Numbered from the stretch's first letter, positions 11,301 to 20,730 are shown. The stretch is 64,000 nucleotides of DNA from a virus (IMGVR_UViG_3300006201_000003:64095-128094); one strand, 5' to 3'. A program made the numbers and translations. Notes: generated by a model from the letters alone, not told the origin.

Positions 11301-11952
11301 CTGAAAGACCAAGAAATTCGTCAAATGAAATCCTGGGTTTATAGTAAAAGTGATCATCACAAGTAGACCGACTAATCAACTCGTTCATTTCCTGAAGGCC
11401 GGCATAATTCTTAGCAATTAGGATTGTATGGTAGTTGTCACGTACCTTGTGCATCCCAGCTTCCATCAATTCTGTAAATCGCCGTTCCGCATAGTCATCT
11501 GGTTCGCATTGTGTATCGTCTTGCGTAATCGAGCCTAAATCTGGTTCTTCTTGATAGTTTGCTCTTTCCATTTCGGCAAGCAGGCGTTCAGCAAGAGCTT
11601 TTTGTTCACGATCTCTCTGAGCAGCCTCTTCCATTACTTGCCGCTGTATCTCTTTTTTATCAGGTGGAACCAAGAGGGCTTCTGTCAAATAAACTTCACA
11701 ACCGTGAAGATATTTTAGACCAGCTTTATCACAAGCCATCTTTTTTTCGATCCACTGATAGATGTTTCCATGCTCAGTAAAAGCAATCGCAGATTGCCCA
11801 AGTTCGACAGCACGAGCAATATAGTCTGAGAATTTTGTTGCGCTGTCAAGCAGAGACAGTTCGGTATGCAGGTGGTATACGGTATAGTTTTTATCGCTCA
11901 TATTGATTTCTCCTATTTCACGAACCATATTTGTATCGTCAACAAAACTCAC
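8341..11952 (-). CDS. dnaE: DNA polymerase III alpha subunit-like replicative polymerase (DnaE family).
   Basis: 1203 aa; N-terminal PHP domain (YHLHTELS...FTEHGN), then polymerase-core length and composition. Confidence 0.85.
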   Translation of the reverse strand: MSFVDDTNMVREIGEINMSDKNYTVYHLHTELSLLDSATKFSDYIARAVELGQSAIAFTEHGNIYQWIEKKMACDKAGLKYLHGCEVYLTEALLVPPDKKEIQRQVMEEAAQRDREQKALAERLLAEMERANYQEEPDLGSITQDDTQCEPDDYAERRFTELMEAGMHKVRDNYHTILIAKNYAGLQEMNELISRSTCDDHFYYKPRISFDEFLGLSDNVIKISACLASPLNKMSIRHPIYERILKHYDYLEIQPHDHPEQIAYNRHLVDMSQRYRIPLIAGTDTHSLNKYKAECRSIMQLSKHIEFADEDSFDLTYKSYEELVAMFAKQDAIPESIYLEAIENTNRMAASVESFELDTSFKYPPLYGDRDREVLHKVLDNNLQSKIADGAITPEQVEPFKEAIAEECRVFDKIDMSGFMLFMSELVTWCKENGIPIGFNRGSCGGSRVAYVSNTTDLNPETWHTVFSRFCNEDRKEIGDIDIDVSPSQRDLVYDYIINRFGQERTAFILAIGTIKSKGCIDEICRALGVKWNKEHQHDEKGFRKALEMLKNENITIRFGDVRDGFSAYCFDEAGNLMLPSRMKDIPRAELVKQFTKEYSKLKEENEKIFAKNPWVGKISATIKKEFEADEDAARKKYPDVFYYYDGLLDVAISQSMHPAGIVASPITLRDNYGTFISDGKEILQIDMECVHDVSLVKYDILGLKNIEIVKDAYELMGKPYPKSHEINWNDEAVWKDMLRSPVGIFQFEGDFAFQMLKQYEPHSIFDMSLITAALRPSGASYRDDLMQHKPHKNPSALIDELLKDNNGYLIYQEDVIKFLQQICGFSGSDADNTRRTIARKKPEDLEKILPDILNGYCEKSPQPREIAEQEAKEFLQIISDASSYMFGYNHSVGYCMIGYLCAYLRYYHPYEFITAYLNNANGEEDVKNGNELATLYGIKIVPPRFGFSKDKYLLNKEEKVIAKGISSVKYMNADVANELYELAETGKPKSFMELLQLMNERTHLDTRQRDILVKIDYFIEYGNAKELLRMVEMFSFFKNGTMKKISKEKLTPQVEAIVSQYATDIAKNGATAKSYTFTDMPGLLRHMEQVVRDMHIQDFDLKSKMQDQLENLGYIDLTTDKKEDRRKLVIMDVFPLKSKANKEVWGYALQTRSIGSGKTSRLTVRSRLFDKKPLKRFDVIYASDVRQERTGYWYLIGYDYVV

Positions 11953-12003
11953 AATACTGTTTGACTTGTGATTCTGCCTTTTCGGTACATGGTTTCGTGC
12001 TGA

Positions 12004-13977
12004 TTATTGATCGCTTGTTCTTCCGAATACCTCATCTTCACTGTCATCCTCTACCAGCTGCTGAGGTGGGAATGGAAGCGGAGTTGTGTATCGCCTCTTG
12101 TCCCAAGCGTATTGATAATCCAGTTCAGCCTCGGTTGTGAAAAACCGTCTGGACGGGCGATCATAAAATGTTTCAATGCTACGGCTTTCATAGCCAGTCA
12201 ATCGGTCTTTCAAGATGTCGAAGATAACATCCGCTTTAATTGGCTTAACTTTCCATCCACTTCCATTGAGCTTTGGGACGCCTTGGCGGTCAGACTCTTG
12301 CACACGGTAGAGGCTGATAATACGATGAGCAAGATCAATAATGGCCGAAATGCCCTGCACATCCATCTTGCTCAACCGACGCATCATGTCAATTTTGTGC
12401 GGATGTACTACCAAGATTACAACGACATTGAACTTCACAGCAAAAGCAATCAGATCCATAATAAAATCAGCCTGTTTGTCGTATTTATTGTTGTCGTTGC
12501 TCTCCAAGTTAATAGCTGTCAGGTTGTCAAGAATCAACAGCTTCGTCCCATACTTCCTTACCGAGTCCTCCATAGACTTCAAAAGGTCTGCTGACTTATT
12601 GGATTCTCCGTCCTGCCGAATATAGAGTCGCCCTCGGTAAAACTCGCTAATCGCTCTTTTTGCTTCCGGCGTCACCTTATAGAAGATAGAATCGTTGTAC
12701 TGACATTCCTTTACATTTCTCTGCCCCGCAAAGATGAAGTTCAACCAGTTTTTTGCCTGGAAATTTGGTAACTCACCAGAGAACAGATAGGCATTTTCAC
12801 CTCGATCCAGGCACTGACAAATCACTTGGTTCAAAAATGAGGACTTACCACTACCATTGATGCCTGTCACAATGTTTAGTGTTCCGTAAAACAGTTTCAT
12901 TAGATATCGGTCAAGGTTAGGAAGCCCTGTCGGAATGCCGTCAAGAGCGTCAAGGTCAATATCCTCAATATCAGAGAAGTCAACCACACCAGGAACAGGT
13001 GAGTCTTTGGCATCCAGAATAATTTCCATAACCTTTTCTTTCCCATAATAATAGAGGACTTCGTTGAGATCGTTTACGGAGTATTTGGTATTTGCGGCTT
13101 CATCCACATAAAATTGTGGGACTTCAACCACCTTTGTCCGCCAGCTGCCTAAACGGTAAATACACTCTTTCTGCATTTTAAGGCCAGCCTCATCATTGTC
13201 AGAACAGATAATAATGGAATCGAATTGTTCAAGAAAATCCCAGTTTTCTTCAATCCAATGAAAATTTGTGCTTCCAAGAGGAACGGATACGGCATTTGTA
13301 AAACCAGACTCGATTGCGGATAGACAATCTGGCTCACCTTCGCAGATCAACAAAGGGACAGTTGTATTGATACGATTCATATTAAACAGAAGCGGGGTTG
13401 TGTCTGCACCTTTTTGACACCAGCATTTGTTCTCGCCTTTTTTGACTTTTCTGGACGGGCGATATTTCACCATTGTCAACACATCGTTGGTGTCGTAGTA
13501 ATTGAAAACGGTGTTCCCCTCACTGTCCTGGCGCACATCGGCATAGTCTATCGTCTGTTGGCTAATCTTACGCTTCTGGAAGTATTCGTACACACGAGAC
13601 TTATCATCGCATATAACCTCTTTGGGGTATTGATACTGCCGTCGTGTCTTTACTCCAAGTTCACCGAAAGAATATGGCATACCGGCCAGATCGAAAAGTT
13701 TGCGGCACGCCTGGGCATATGTCATTCCTTTATACATCAGCACATCAAGAATGTCATAACTACGGGAACACGCCCCAAAGCATCTAAAATTGAATGCTTT
13801 TTTGTTATAAATGAAACTGGCGTGATCCTCTTGGTGAAACGGGCAGCAGCACTTCATATCACGCTCGTCATAATCAACAATGCCAAGCTCTTCTATGATA
13901 ATTCGAGCGTTATCATCACCGAGTTTTTCCTTGGCCTGCATAATTGCATCACGGTCGATTTGCACAGATAAAATCAC
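12004..13977 (-). CDS. Bifunctional DNA primase / DnaB-like helicase (T7 gp4-like).
   Basis: 657 aa; N-terminal CHC2 zinc finger (CCCPFH...C..C), TOPRIM (ICEGEPD) and a C-terminal Walker A (GINGSGKSSF). Confidence 0.85.
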   Translation of the reverse strand: MILSVQIDRDAIMQAKEKLGDDNARIIIEELGIVDYDERDMKCCCPFHQEDHASFIYNKKAFNFRCFGACSRSYDILDVLMYKGMTYAQACRKLFDLAGMPYSFGELGVKTRRQYQYPKEVICDDKSRVYEYFQKRKISQQTIDYADVRQDSEGNTVFNYYDTNDVLTMVKYRPSRKVKKGENKCWCQKGADTTPLLFNMNRINTTVPLLICEGEPDCLSAIESGFTNAVSVPLGSTNFHWIEENWDFLEQFDSIIICSDNDEAGLKMQKECIYRLGSWRTKVVEVPQFYVDEAANTKYSVNDLNEVLYYYGKEKVMEIILDAKDSPVPGVVDFSDIEDIDLDALDGIPTGLPNLDRYLMKLFYGTLNIVTGINGSGKSSFLNQVICQCLDRGENAYLFSGELPNFQAKNWLNFIFAGQRNVKECQYNDSIFYKVTPEAKRAISEFYRGRLYIRQDGESNKSADLLKSMEDSVRKYGTKLLILDNLTAINLESNDNNKYDKQADFIMDLIAFAVKFNVVVILVVHPHKIDMMRRLSKMDVQGISAIIDLAHRIISLYRVQESDRQGVPKLNGSGWKVKPIKADVIFDILKDRLTGYESRSIETFYDRPSRRFFTTEAELDYQYAWDKRRYTTPLPFPPQQLVEDDSEDEVFGRTSDQ

Positions 13978-14036
13978 CTCGATCCGTCTGGAAAGTCAGC
14001 CCACTTCCGTGGGCTTGACTTTACCAGGATTCAAGA

Positions 14037-14840
14037 TTAGAAACTAAAGCCGGGGAGCACGCCCGCCGACCAGGAGGCAATGCTATTGCTAGCGTCGCCG
14101 TTGGTGTACACATAACAGAAATGAGAGCTGGAGTTGTAACCGGCCGAACGAAGCCACTTATAGCAGCGCTCTCCATCTCCATCAAGAGCGAAGTATGGAA
14201 TATCTTCCAACCGGTAATATTCGTACCAACTACCCTCACCAGGAACTGAGTAAAACACCCGACCGTAAACCTCTTTCTCGCTGAGGATGAAAATACGGTC
14301 AACACTTTTGATAATCTCCTTGCTACAGTCACCCGCAGAAGCAAGTTTAATCACGGGGCGGATAACAGACTGCAACTCGTCAGAACAAAGTCCTAAGAAC
14401 TCTGAGTTAAGCCACTCCCTAAGATTGCTTGCATCCCAACCACCCTCGTTGGTGCAGTTCTTGTTGATGGGACGGTCATCTTTATATGCACGAACCATTT
14501 CCCATGTAAACGGAGCCTTGCCAGAGCCATCGGCCAGTTCGTCATGGTCAAACCCAATAATCCGGTACTCAGCATTAAAGCCGTTCTTCATGTGATCCGT
14601 CTTGACAGCTCCAAGAGCAATCTGCTGGCGAGCAAGCCCGCTTTGGCCGATGCCGTTCAATTCCCGCCAAGATAGATGGTTCAGATCGGTCAAAAGCTCT
14701 ACACTGGGTTTTTGAATTGTAGGAGCGACTGCAATATCTGATGGGCAACTGGAAATGAGCAAGCCAGAAGCATCCATGTCCACGGTGAAATTGATATGCT
14801 TACGCTGGGCAAGTTCCTCTTGTGTAATGAAAAAGTTCAT
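14037..14840 (-). CDS. Hypothetical protein.
   Basis: 267-aa ORF; no motif recognised. Confidence 0.5.
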   Translation of the reverse strand: MNFFITQEELAQRKHINFTVDMDASGLLISSCPSDIAVAPTIQKPSVELLTDLNHLSWRELNGIGQSGLARQQIALGAVKTDHMKNGFNAEYRIIGFDHDELADGSGKAPFTWEMVRAYKDDRPINKNCTNEGGWDASNLREWLNSEFLGLCSDELQSVIRPVIKLASAGDCSKEIIKSVDRIFILSEKEVYGRVFYSVPGEGSWYEYYRLEDIPYFALDGDGERCYKWLRSAGYNSSSHFCYVYTNGDASNSIASWSAGVLPGFSF

Positions 14841-14889
14841 ATTGTAGCTCCTTCTTTCAGTTCAAAATCTGTATGAAACCAGACTTTCA

Positions 14890-15660
14890 TTATAGAAATT
14901 CTTCGTACTCACACTCTGGTGCTACATCGCACAGGTGCTTGCAAAACCAGAAATCAAGGTTTGCGTACCAATCATCAGTCGCCGTAATCTTTTCAATAAG
15001 CCGTTTTGCCCATACTTCAACTTCCATCATACGCTCATATCGGAACGGCTCACAAATCCATGTCCCAGTGCGAAAGCAGTTGAACTCAAGATAATCTGGG
15101 TAACGATCATACAGCTGACTCACAGCGGAAGCATAGATGTAGAGCTGACGTTGGTATCTATCAAGTTCCAGATCAGAGAGTGTCGGTTTAGTACGGTTTG
15201 ATCTTGGTTTTAATGCCCTTGACTTATGATCGGTAATGTAAAGCCTACCGTTCTCATCCTCTGAAAGCACATCCAGAAACCCAACAAACCGATAACCAGC
15301 AAACTGGAATTGCATTTTGTCCTCTACCTTGATAATCTGGCGATCAGGGAACGACAGAGTTTTGAGATACTGCCGCCCCTGTTCCAGATAGCCCATATAG
15401 ATTTTGTGTGACGGAGCCTTGTCCGTGATATCATCAGTAAAATGTGATAGGTAGTAGGGAACCAGATCCTGCTTATTCAGAACGCCAGTTAGATATTGTT
15501 GAAGAATAGAGTGCATCAGGCTTCCGTATTGAGCGAAGAATTTCGACTGACCTTGGATATTGTAGATATATCGCTGGAGCCATAGATATGGACAATCTTC
15601 AAATGCTGTGAGACGTGAATAACTCCACTCCATAGGCTCAATTATTAGGTCATATCGCAT
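14890..15660 (-). CDS. PD-(D/E)xK exonuclease with C-terminal Cys cluster (Cas4/RecB-like).
   Basis: 256 aa; ITDHKS (D..K) nuclease motif; C-terminal CEP...CKHLCDVAPEC is a 4-Cys cluster. Confidence 0.7.
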   Translation of the reverse strand: MRYDLIIEPMEWSYSRLTAFEDCPYLWLQRYIYNIQGQSKFFAQYGSLMHSILQQYLTGVLNKQDLVPYYLSHFTDDITDKAPSHKIYMGYLEQGRQYLKTLSFPDRQIIKVEDKMQFQFAGYRFVGFLDVLSEDENGRLYITDHKSRALKPRSNRTKPTLSDLELDRYQRQLYIYASAVSQLYDRYPDYLEFNCFRTGTWICEPFRYERMMEVEVWAKRLIEKITATDDWYANLDFWFCKHLCDVAPECEYEEFL

Positions 15661-15670
15661 CTACTGCTCC

Positions 15671-16087
15671 TTAGAACGGAAGTTCGCCGTCGTCGCCCTC
15701 TTCTTCAGAAGTAGGCGGCGTAGATTTCTTTCCACTGGACTTGGCCGGTGCCGGAGCGTCGTTATCTCCGCCATTCTGCCCCTTGCTGCCACAGAACTCC
15801 ACACGGTCAGCCTTAATCTCCCAGGCGATGCGCTTATTGTCTTCCTTGTCAGTGTAGTGCCGGCTCTGCATCTCACCCTGCACCAGAATTTCCTGCCCCT
15901 TGGTAAAATACTTCGAGACGAACTCCGCAGTCTGCCGCCAGAACACCACAGAAAAGAAATCAGTCTCTTTGTCTTTTGAATAGGGGCGGTCAACCGCCAC
16001 ATTCACCGTACAAACAGCAGTGTCGGACTGAGTGCGGCGCAACTCAGGATCAGCCGTCAAACGGCCCTTGATGATGATACAGTTCAT
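15671..16087 (-). CDS. ssb: Single-stranded DNA-binding protein.
   Basis: 138 aa; OB-fold SSB pattern and an acidic C-terminal tail DDGELPF. Confidence 0.85.
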   Translation of the reverse strand: MNCIIIKGRLTADPELRRTQSDTAVCTVNVAVDRPYSKDKETDFFSVVFWRQTAEFVSKYFTKGQEILVQGEMQSRHYTDKEDNKRIAWEIKADRVEFCGSKGQNGGDNDAPAPAKSSGKKSTPPTSEEEGDDGELPF

Positions 16088-16830
16088 TCTTCATTGCCTC
16101 CCACAAATTTCTTAACCGCTTCCAAAACTTCGGTGGCGGTCTTCATATTGGTAACGATACGGTAATTGCCAGATGCCTTACCCTTGTCGTCCTTGACGTA
16201 TTTTTTGACCACAGCAGTCAGCTTGGTACGAGCGTCTTTCAGTTTCTCTTCATCCTGGATAGCATTCAGATAGCCAGACACCAACTCGTCAATCTCGTCG
16301 ATCATCGCTGTAACCAATGCACGCTCCTCTTCCTGTGCTACTTGGAGCTTCTTGCTACGCCAATTATCAGGGTCGTCATCGGGCGTGGCAATCTGGAAGA
16401 ACTTCAAAAGGAAGTAGCGATGGAGATAACTGAGGCCGCTGCCAACCGCTTGGCTTGCATCACTCTGTTGCCCAACAATCACCCACGGAACAACCAATGT
16501 ATCGTCGGGATTATCCAAGTTGATCCAGGTAAAGGTCATATCGGCCTTTACCAAAACCTCGTTGACGCTTTCCTCAATCCTCTTGCCGTCTTTTGCGTTC
16601 TTGATCTTCGTGTAGTTGTACGGGCTGACCTCTGCTGTCTGTGGCACGATGCCAGGATACAGAAGCACATGGTACTTATCCATACCAGCCGTCACACGGG
16701 CCAAAATTTCATCTTCGGACACATACTTGTAGTTGAAGCCACTCTTGTTTTTGCGGATAACTTCAACCATTTTCCTGATGCCAGCCAACTTTTGAATAAG
16801 GCTCAGGTCTTCGATTTTTACGTCTGCCAT
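16084..16830 (-). CDS. ssDNA annealing protein, ERF family (probable).
   Basis: The track ORF is 16084..16878; the likely start is ATG at 16830, preceded by AAGGAGG. The GFNYKYVS region resembles Erf. Confidence 0.55.
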   Translation of the reverse strand: MADVKIEDLSLIQKLAGIRKMVEVIRKNKSGFNYKYVSEDEILARVTAGMDKYHVLLYPGIVPQTAEVSPYNYTKIKNAKDGKRIEESVNEVLVKADMTFTWINLDNPDDTLVVPWVIVGQQSDASQAVGSGLSYLHRYFLLKFFQIATPDDDPDNWRSKKLQVAQEEERALVTAMIDEIDELVSGYLNAIQDEEKLKDARTKLTAVVKKYVKDDKGKASGNYRIVTNMKTATEVLEAVKKFVGGNEE

Positions 16831-16867
16831 GTTTCCTCCTTGATTTTGTTTGTTGTTATGCGAAATT

Positions 16868-17125
16868 TTAATCGTCACCGAATGATTTCAGCATAAAGCA
16901 AGAATCACAGAAATGCTCTCCGCTGGATTCAATTCTGACGTAATCGCCGGTTATTGCTTCTCCGCAGCCGTCACAAATGATTGTTTCTGCATAGGCACCA
17001 CCACAGAATGGACAACCACTGAATTTTTCATATGGTGGTGTATCCAGGCCATGCCGCTCCTCCCATTGTTTCGGTTCCTCAAAGGTTCTTCCACAGTCCA
17101 AGCAAGTATATCTATCTGGTGTCAA
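16868..17125 (-). CDS. Zinc-ribbon protein.
   Basis: 85 aa with four CxxC pairs. Confidence 0.5.
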   Translation of the reverse strand: MTPDRYTCLDCGRTFEEPKQWEERHGLDTPPYEKFSGCPFCGGAYAETIICDGCGEAITGDYVRIESSGEHFCDSCFMLKSFGDD

Positions 17126-17424
17126 TGTTTGACCACCTTCCAGACCGCAGTATTTCGAGTTGTGATAAGACTACGCCGTTTACCGACAACCTCAACCTTG
17201 CCGTCTTCTTTCAACTCTGTCAGACGTGGGCGAGTGAAGTTGGGATCAATGTACGGAATTTTCCCATCTTTAAGGAGCTGTTGTGCAACCTCTTCTGCTG
17301 TCATACCACCAGGATCGCCGTTTTCAAGTATGTTCAAAATGAGAGCCTTGCGGCTATCCCGTTTCGGTTTCACATTCTCATATGCTTCACGGCGATTTTT
17401 CAGTGTGATGCTCAATCGTATCAT
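17122..17424 (-). CDS. Putative winged-helix DNA-binding protein.
   Basis: 100-aa basic ORF. Confidence 0.4.
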   Translation of the reverse strand: MIRLSITLKNRREAYENVKPKRDSRKALILNILENGDPGGMTAEEVAQQLLKDGKIPYIDPNFTRPRLTELKEDGKVEVVGKRRSLITTRNTAVWKVVKH

Positions 17425-17511
17425 TCCTCTCTATCCGACAAATGCCGGTTTCTGTTGCTGTAATAGTTGGACAAATCCGCTACCACCCCCACAGCGCACT
17501 CGATAAAACCT

Positions 17512-19116
17512 TTACGGGTCGCCTGTCTGATCCTTACTTTCTCCATAAACAACCTCCGGCGGATTGCCATGATGCTGTGCTCTAAGTGTCGGGCAGTCTT
17601 GCCTAAGAGTACATTTCTTGTTGAGCCGTCCCTGTGGATCAATTACACCCTTGACCTTATACCATCCCGTCTTTGCTCCGCCACCGCCAGCTTCAGCTTT
17701 CAGAACACGGGCAACAGTTTCACTATCATATATTCGGTTGGCATCTCCGTTGTAGTCGTTGATATATCCAATCTGACGAAGATCATTGTCTTCGATGCTA
17801 TGATTTTGTTCGTCGCTAATTGGAGCATTATCAAATGTGGATAGCGCCTTTTCAAAAGCTCCAATGCCAGAAAAGAAAGAGCCAACCACAATATGCTCGA
17901 AAAGATACGGCATAGCCTGGTACAGTTCTCCCAGAATGGCACAAAGCACATCCACCACAATAGAGTTGCCGGCTTGCTTGTAAAGCTGGGAGCCACTACG
18001 ATCATTACCGCCATACAAGTTCTCATTCATAGCAGACTGAGCCTTGTAGAAATCTTCGTCGGAAAAACCCATGAGTCGCCAACATTCTTTTTGCGTGAGC
18101 TTCCGTACACGAAACGCTGGCTCTTTGATTCCAGATTCAATCACTCTCTTGTCCCCCCCCCATCAATAGTGCGAATTGTGCCGCAGACGCCATCTTTGAA
18201 GAAACGAACGCCCTCATCACATCGTTGTTCACATACGATTTTCATGTTTTTCAACTACCCCTGTCATTTGTTGATTTCCGAAACCTTTGTAGTCACGGGC
18301 CAGTAATGTTAAAGCTGTATCGCAGTACCCATCAAACTGGGTTCCTTTCTTACTCAGTTTTGCACCGGCAAGTGAGCAAGTCCCAACAGTGGCGGTCTGT
18401 GGAGCCTCTTCCACTGGTACGGACGGTATTACTGATTTGTCTGGCTGGGGGGGGGCGATCATGGCTGCTACCTTATCATTCGATAGGTAATAACGCTCGT
18501 CAACTTTCTCATCCAGCATATCTACCAGAGCACGCTTCAGTGGGATAGGAGTAGGGAATTTGAACTTTCCGTTATCCAGATCTTTTCTGATAATGACACA
18601 ATAGACACGCTCACGGTTCTGTGGAATCCCATAGTTTTTCGCATTCAGAACCTGCCAGTAGACATTGTAACCGTAATCTTCCAGTTCCTTGACAAAAAGA
18701 TCGAATGTGGAATGAAAACGAGAACCAACGATGTTTTTCACGTTCTCATAAATAGCAAAGCGCGGCTTCTTCTCTCTGAGGAAACGCAACCATTCAGCCA
18801 AAAGTGAAGAACGAGTTTTCTCGATATCTGTTGATCCGCAACTGGGGCAATGGTCACGCTTAGTATAGTGAGCTTCTAAGGGGTTGTAGGTGTGGCCGCA
18901 ATGCTTACAAGTCCATGCAGCCCCCCCCTGTTTGCCCGCTACACTGAAGTCCTGACAAGGGCTTCCACCGAACATGGTATTAAAGTCTGGCACCATCTTT
19001 TCATCGGCTTTGGTAATATCGCCAATGTTAAGTGCTGGATCAACACCATGCACGGCACAGTAACTTTCTGCTGCGTACTTATCAAACTCGCAGAAAAGGG
19101 CAGTTTTGAAATCCAA
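17512..19116 (-). pseudogene. C5-cytosine DNA methyltransferase-like gene, disrupted and rearranged.
   Basis: ORF1 (18229..19116, TTG start) begins at motif II (EFDKYA) with no motif I, then has motif IV GGSPCQDFSVAG, VI ENVKN, VIII PQNRER and a Zn-ribbon TRD. The continuation before motif IX (GTIRTIDGGG, aligning to HhaI ...SAYGGG) reads only in the +1 frame and needs G10 at the C9/G9 tract 18153-18161. ORF2 (17512..18144, GTG start) carries IX (RKLTQKECWRLMGF) and X (YKQAGNSIVV), then an extra motif I-like VVGSFFSGIGAF. Confidence 0.7.
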
Positions 19117-19132
19117 GGTTTACTACCTCCTT

Positions 19133-19183
19133 ATTATAGCGTATTTTCCCTCGCTTGTCAATGATTTTATTCGTTGCTAATGA
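19133..19183 (-). promoter_or_regulatory. Sigma70-consensus promoter (TTGACA-17-TATAAT) preceded by the leader-element copy TTAGCAACGAATAAAATCA, upstream of the MTase-like gene.
   Basis: The reverse complement reads TTAGCAACGAATAAAATCATTGACAAGCGAGGGAAAATACGCTATAATAAGGAGGTAGTAAACCTTG. Confidence 0.65.
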
Positions 19184-19193
19184 AAGAATAGTT

Positions 19194-19745
19194 TTATCCA
19201 GAAACGATTTTGTCAATCCCGATAATTCCAGCCAATTTTTCACCCAACTGCGTAGAAATTTCAGTGGAAATCTTTTGCTTGAGGTTCTTGGTGACATCTT
19301 CGACTGCTCGCTTGATTTGCCACTCCATGTCACTGTCGATACTCTTGTGAACAATATAATCAACCCGACTTTTGAAAGCGGGGTTGTAGCCGTTGTCCGG
19401 CTTCCCTTCCCGCGTGACAGGTTGCGTTAGGTATTTGTCGCAAGCCTCGGAAAGCAACTGTTTGACAGTGACCTGTGCCCTCGTTACTTCGCCCCAGCGA
19501 TCGGTGATATCCTTTGGAGTGTTGAAAAACTGCTGCATCATCAAATTGAGCCTTTTGTTGACCTCGTTTTCAACGTCCCGCATCTTATCGTTAAGAATTT
19601 TCTCCGCTTTCTCTTCAAGAGATTTGGTGATGTTGCCGCAAACTTTTTCGGTAATGCTGGAAAGAATCTCGTCCTTCAACTGCTGATCAATGTTTCCTTC
19701 TTCGTCCAGCCAATCCAAGTCAACGGTAATGCTGAATTTAGCCAT
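19194..19745 (-). CDS. Hypothetical protein.
   Basis: 183-aa ORF. Confidence 0.5.
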   Translation of the reverse strand: MAKFSITVDLDWLDEEGNIDQQLKDEILSSITEKVCGNITKSLEEKAEKILNDKMRDVENEVNKRLNLMMQQFFNTPKDITDRWGEVTRAQVTVKQLLSEACDKYLTQPVTREGKPDNGYNPAFKSRVDYIVHKSIDSDMEWQIKRAVEDVTKNLKQKISTEISTQLGEKLAGIIGIDKIVSG

Positions 19746-19763
19746 TATAAACCTCCATCGAAT

Positions 19764-20594
19764 TTAGAATGAGCACTCACACGGAAGGTTGTCATCGTCT
19801 TTGATGAGCTTTCGTGCTGCTGCCCAGAATTTTTGAGGCTTGGTTTTCTCAGTTGGTTGGAGTGCCTTTTCTTTGAGCTTGACAAATTCCACCTCGAAAT
19901 CTGACAGAAAACCTTGCTTTAAGATACTGTACCCAATCGCATTTTCAGCCAGCTTTGCCTTTTCCCATATTTCTGGGTAGAGACAATAGACAATAAACCA
20001 ATGCTGTTTGCCAGCCTTTAGGCAACCGATACAATTTGCGTGATTAAAAGTATCATAGGATCTCGGACGTTTAATCCCAACCTCTTCAATATTCTGAATC
20101 GTTCTGGATTCCCAGGTCAGAGGATACTCAGTCTGGTATCCCATCGCAGCCATAATGCCAACTCTTCGTTGAATGCGGTGCTGTTCGTTGGTATCAAAGC
20201 CATAGACAAGGGAGATGTCACTTCTGATCTCAGGAGGATTTACGGGATAGTGCTCGGACAACCATTTGTGGAACGGCTCAGTTTTCAGTCTGTTGGTACA
20301 GAGTGCGGTTGATTGTGCTCCACACTTGAACGCTTTGATTTCCATACATACATCAAACTGATCTTTGGCTTCCCATCCTGGCATATTAGCGTAAGTAATA
20401 GGAACTCCCAAATAATCCGAAACCTCATTTTTGAAACGCTTGATATCTGCGTCTTCGGTACGCGGGCAAAGATCGTGATTGAGCAACACTGTATTCTCCG
20501 CCCCATACCGTCTTACTACTTCCACGGCGGCGATCGCTGAAGAATGACCGCCAGAAAAACAAACAATGTGAATCATACCGACCACAACCATCAC
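19764..20594 (-). CDS. PP-loop superfamily ATP pyrophosphatase (QueC/PAPS-reductase-like).
   Basis: 276 aa; N-terminal VCFSGGHSSA is an SGGxxS PP-loop; C-terminal Cys cluster CIGC. Confidence 0.5.
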   Translation of the reverse strand: MMVVVGMIHIVCFSGGHSSAIAAVEVVRRYGAENTVLLNHDLCPRTEDADIKRFKNEVSDYLGVPITYANMPGWEAKDQFDVCMEIKAFKCGAQSTALCTNRLKTEPFHKWLSEHYPVNPPEIRSDISLVYGFDTNEQHRIQRRVGIMAAMGYQTEYPLTWESRTIQNIEEVGIKRPRSYDTFNHANCIGCLKAGKQHWFIVYCLYPEIWEKAKLAENAIGYSILKQGFLSDFEVEFVKLKEKALQPTEKTKPQKFWAAARKLIKDDDNLPCECSF

Positions 20595-20730
20595 TGGTTG
20601 AGGTCAACTGCCTAATCCTCCCAAGCTACTTACCATGTGGCCAAATAGGTCGCTTGGCATTCACGCTGTAACAGACAGCTTTACCATGCACTTATCAATC
20701 TTACATGAACCTGGTTTACCAGGATTGGTA

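Noticed and set aside
17421-17642. 73-aa minus-strand ORF overlapping the 3' part of the MTase C-terminal ORF.
   Set aside because: Out-of-frame overlap with a motif-bearing ORF and no RBS.
19082-19363. 93-aa minus-strand track ORF overlapping the MTase promoter and the end of gene 19194-19745.
   Set aside because: It spans a consensus promoter plus leader element and overlaps a better-supported gene. It is likely spurious.
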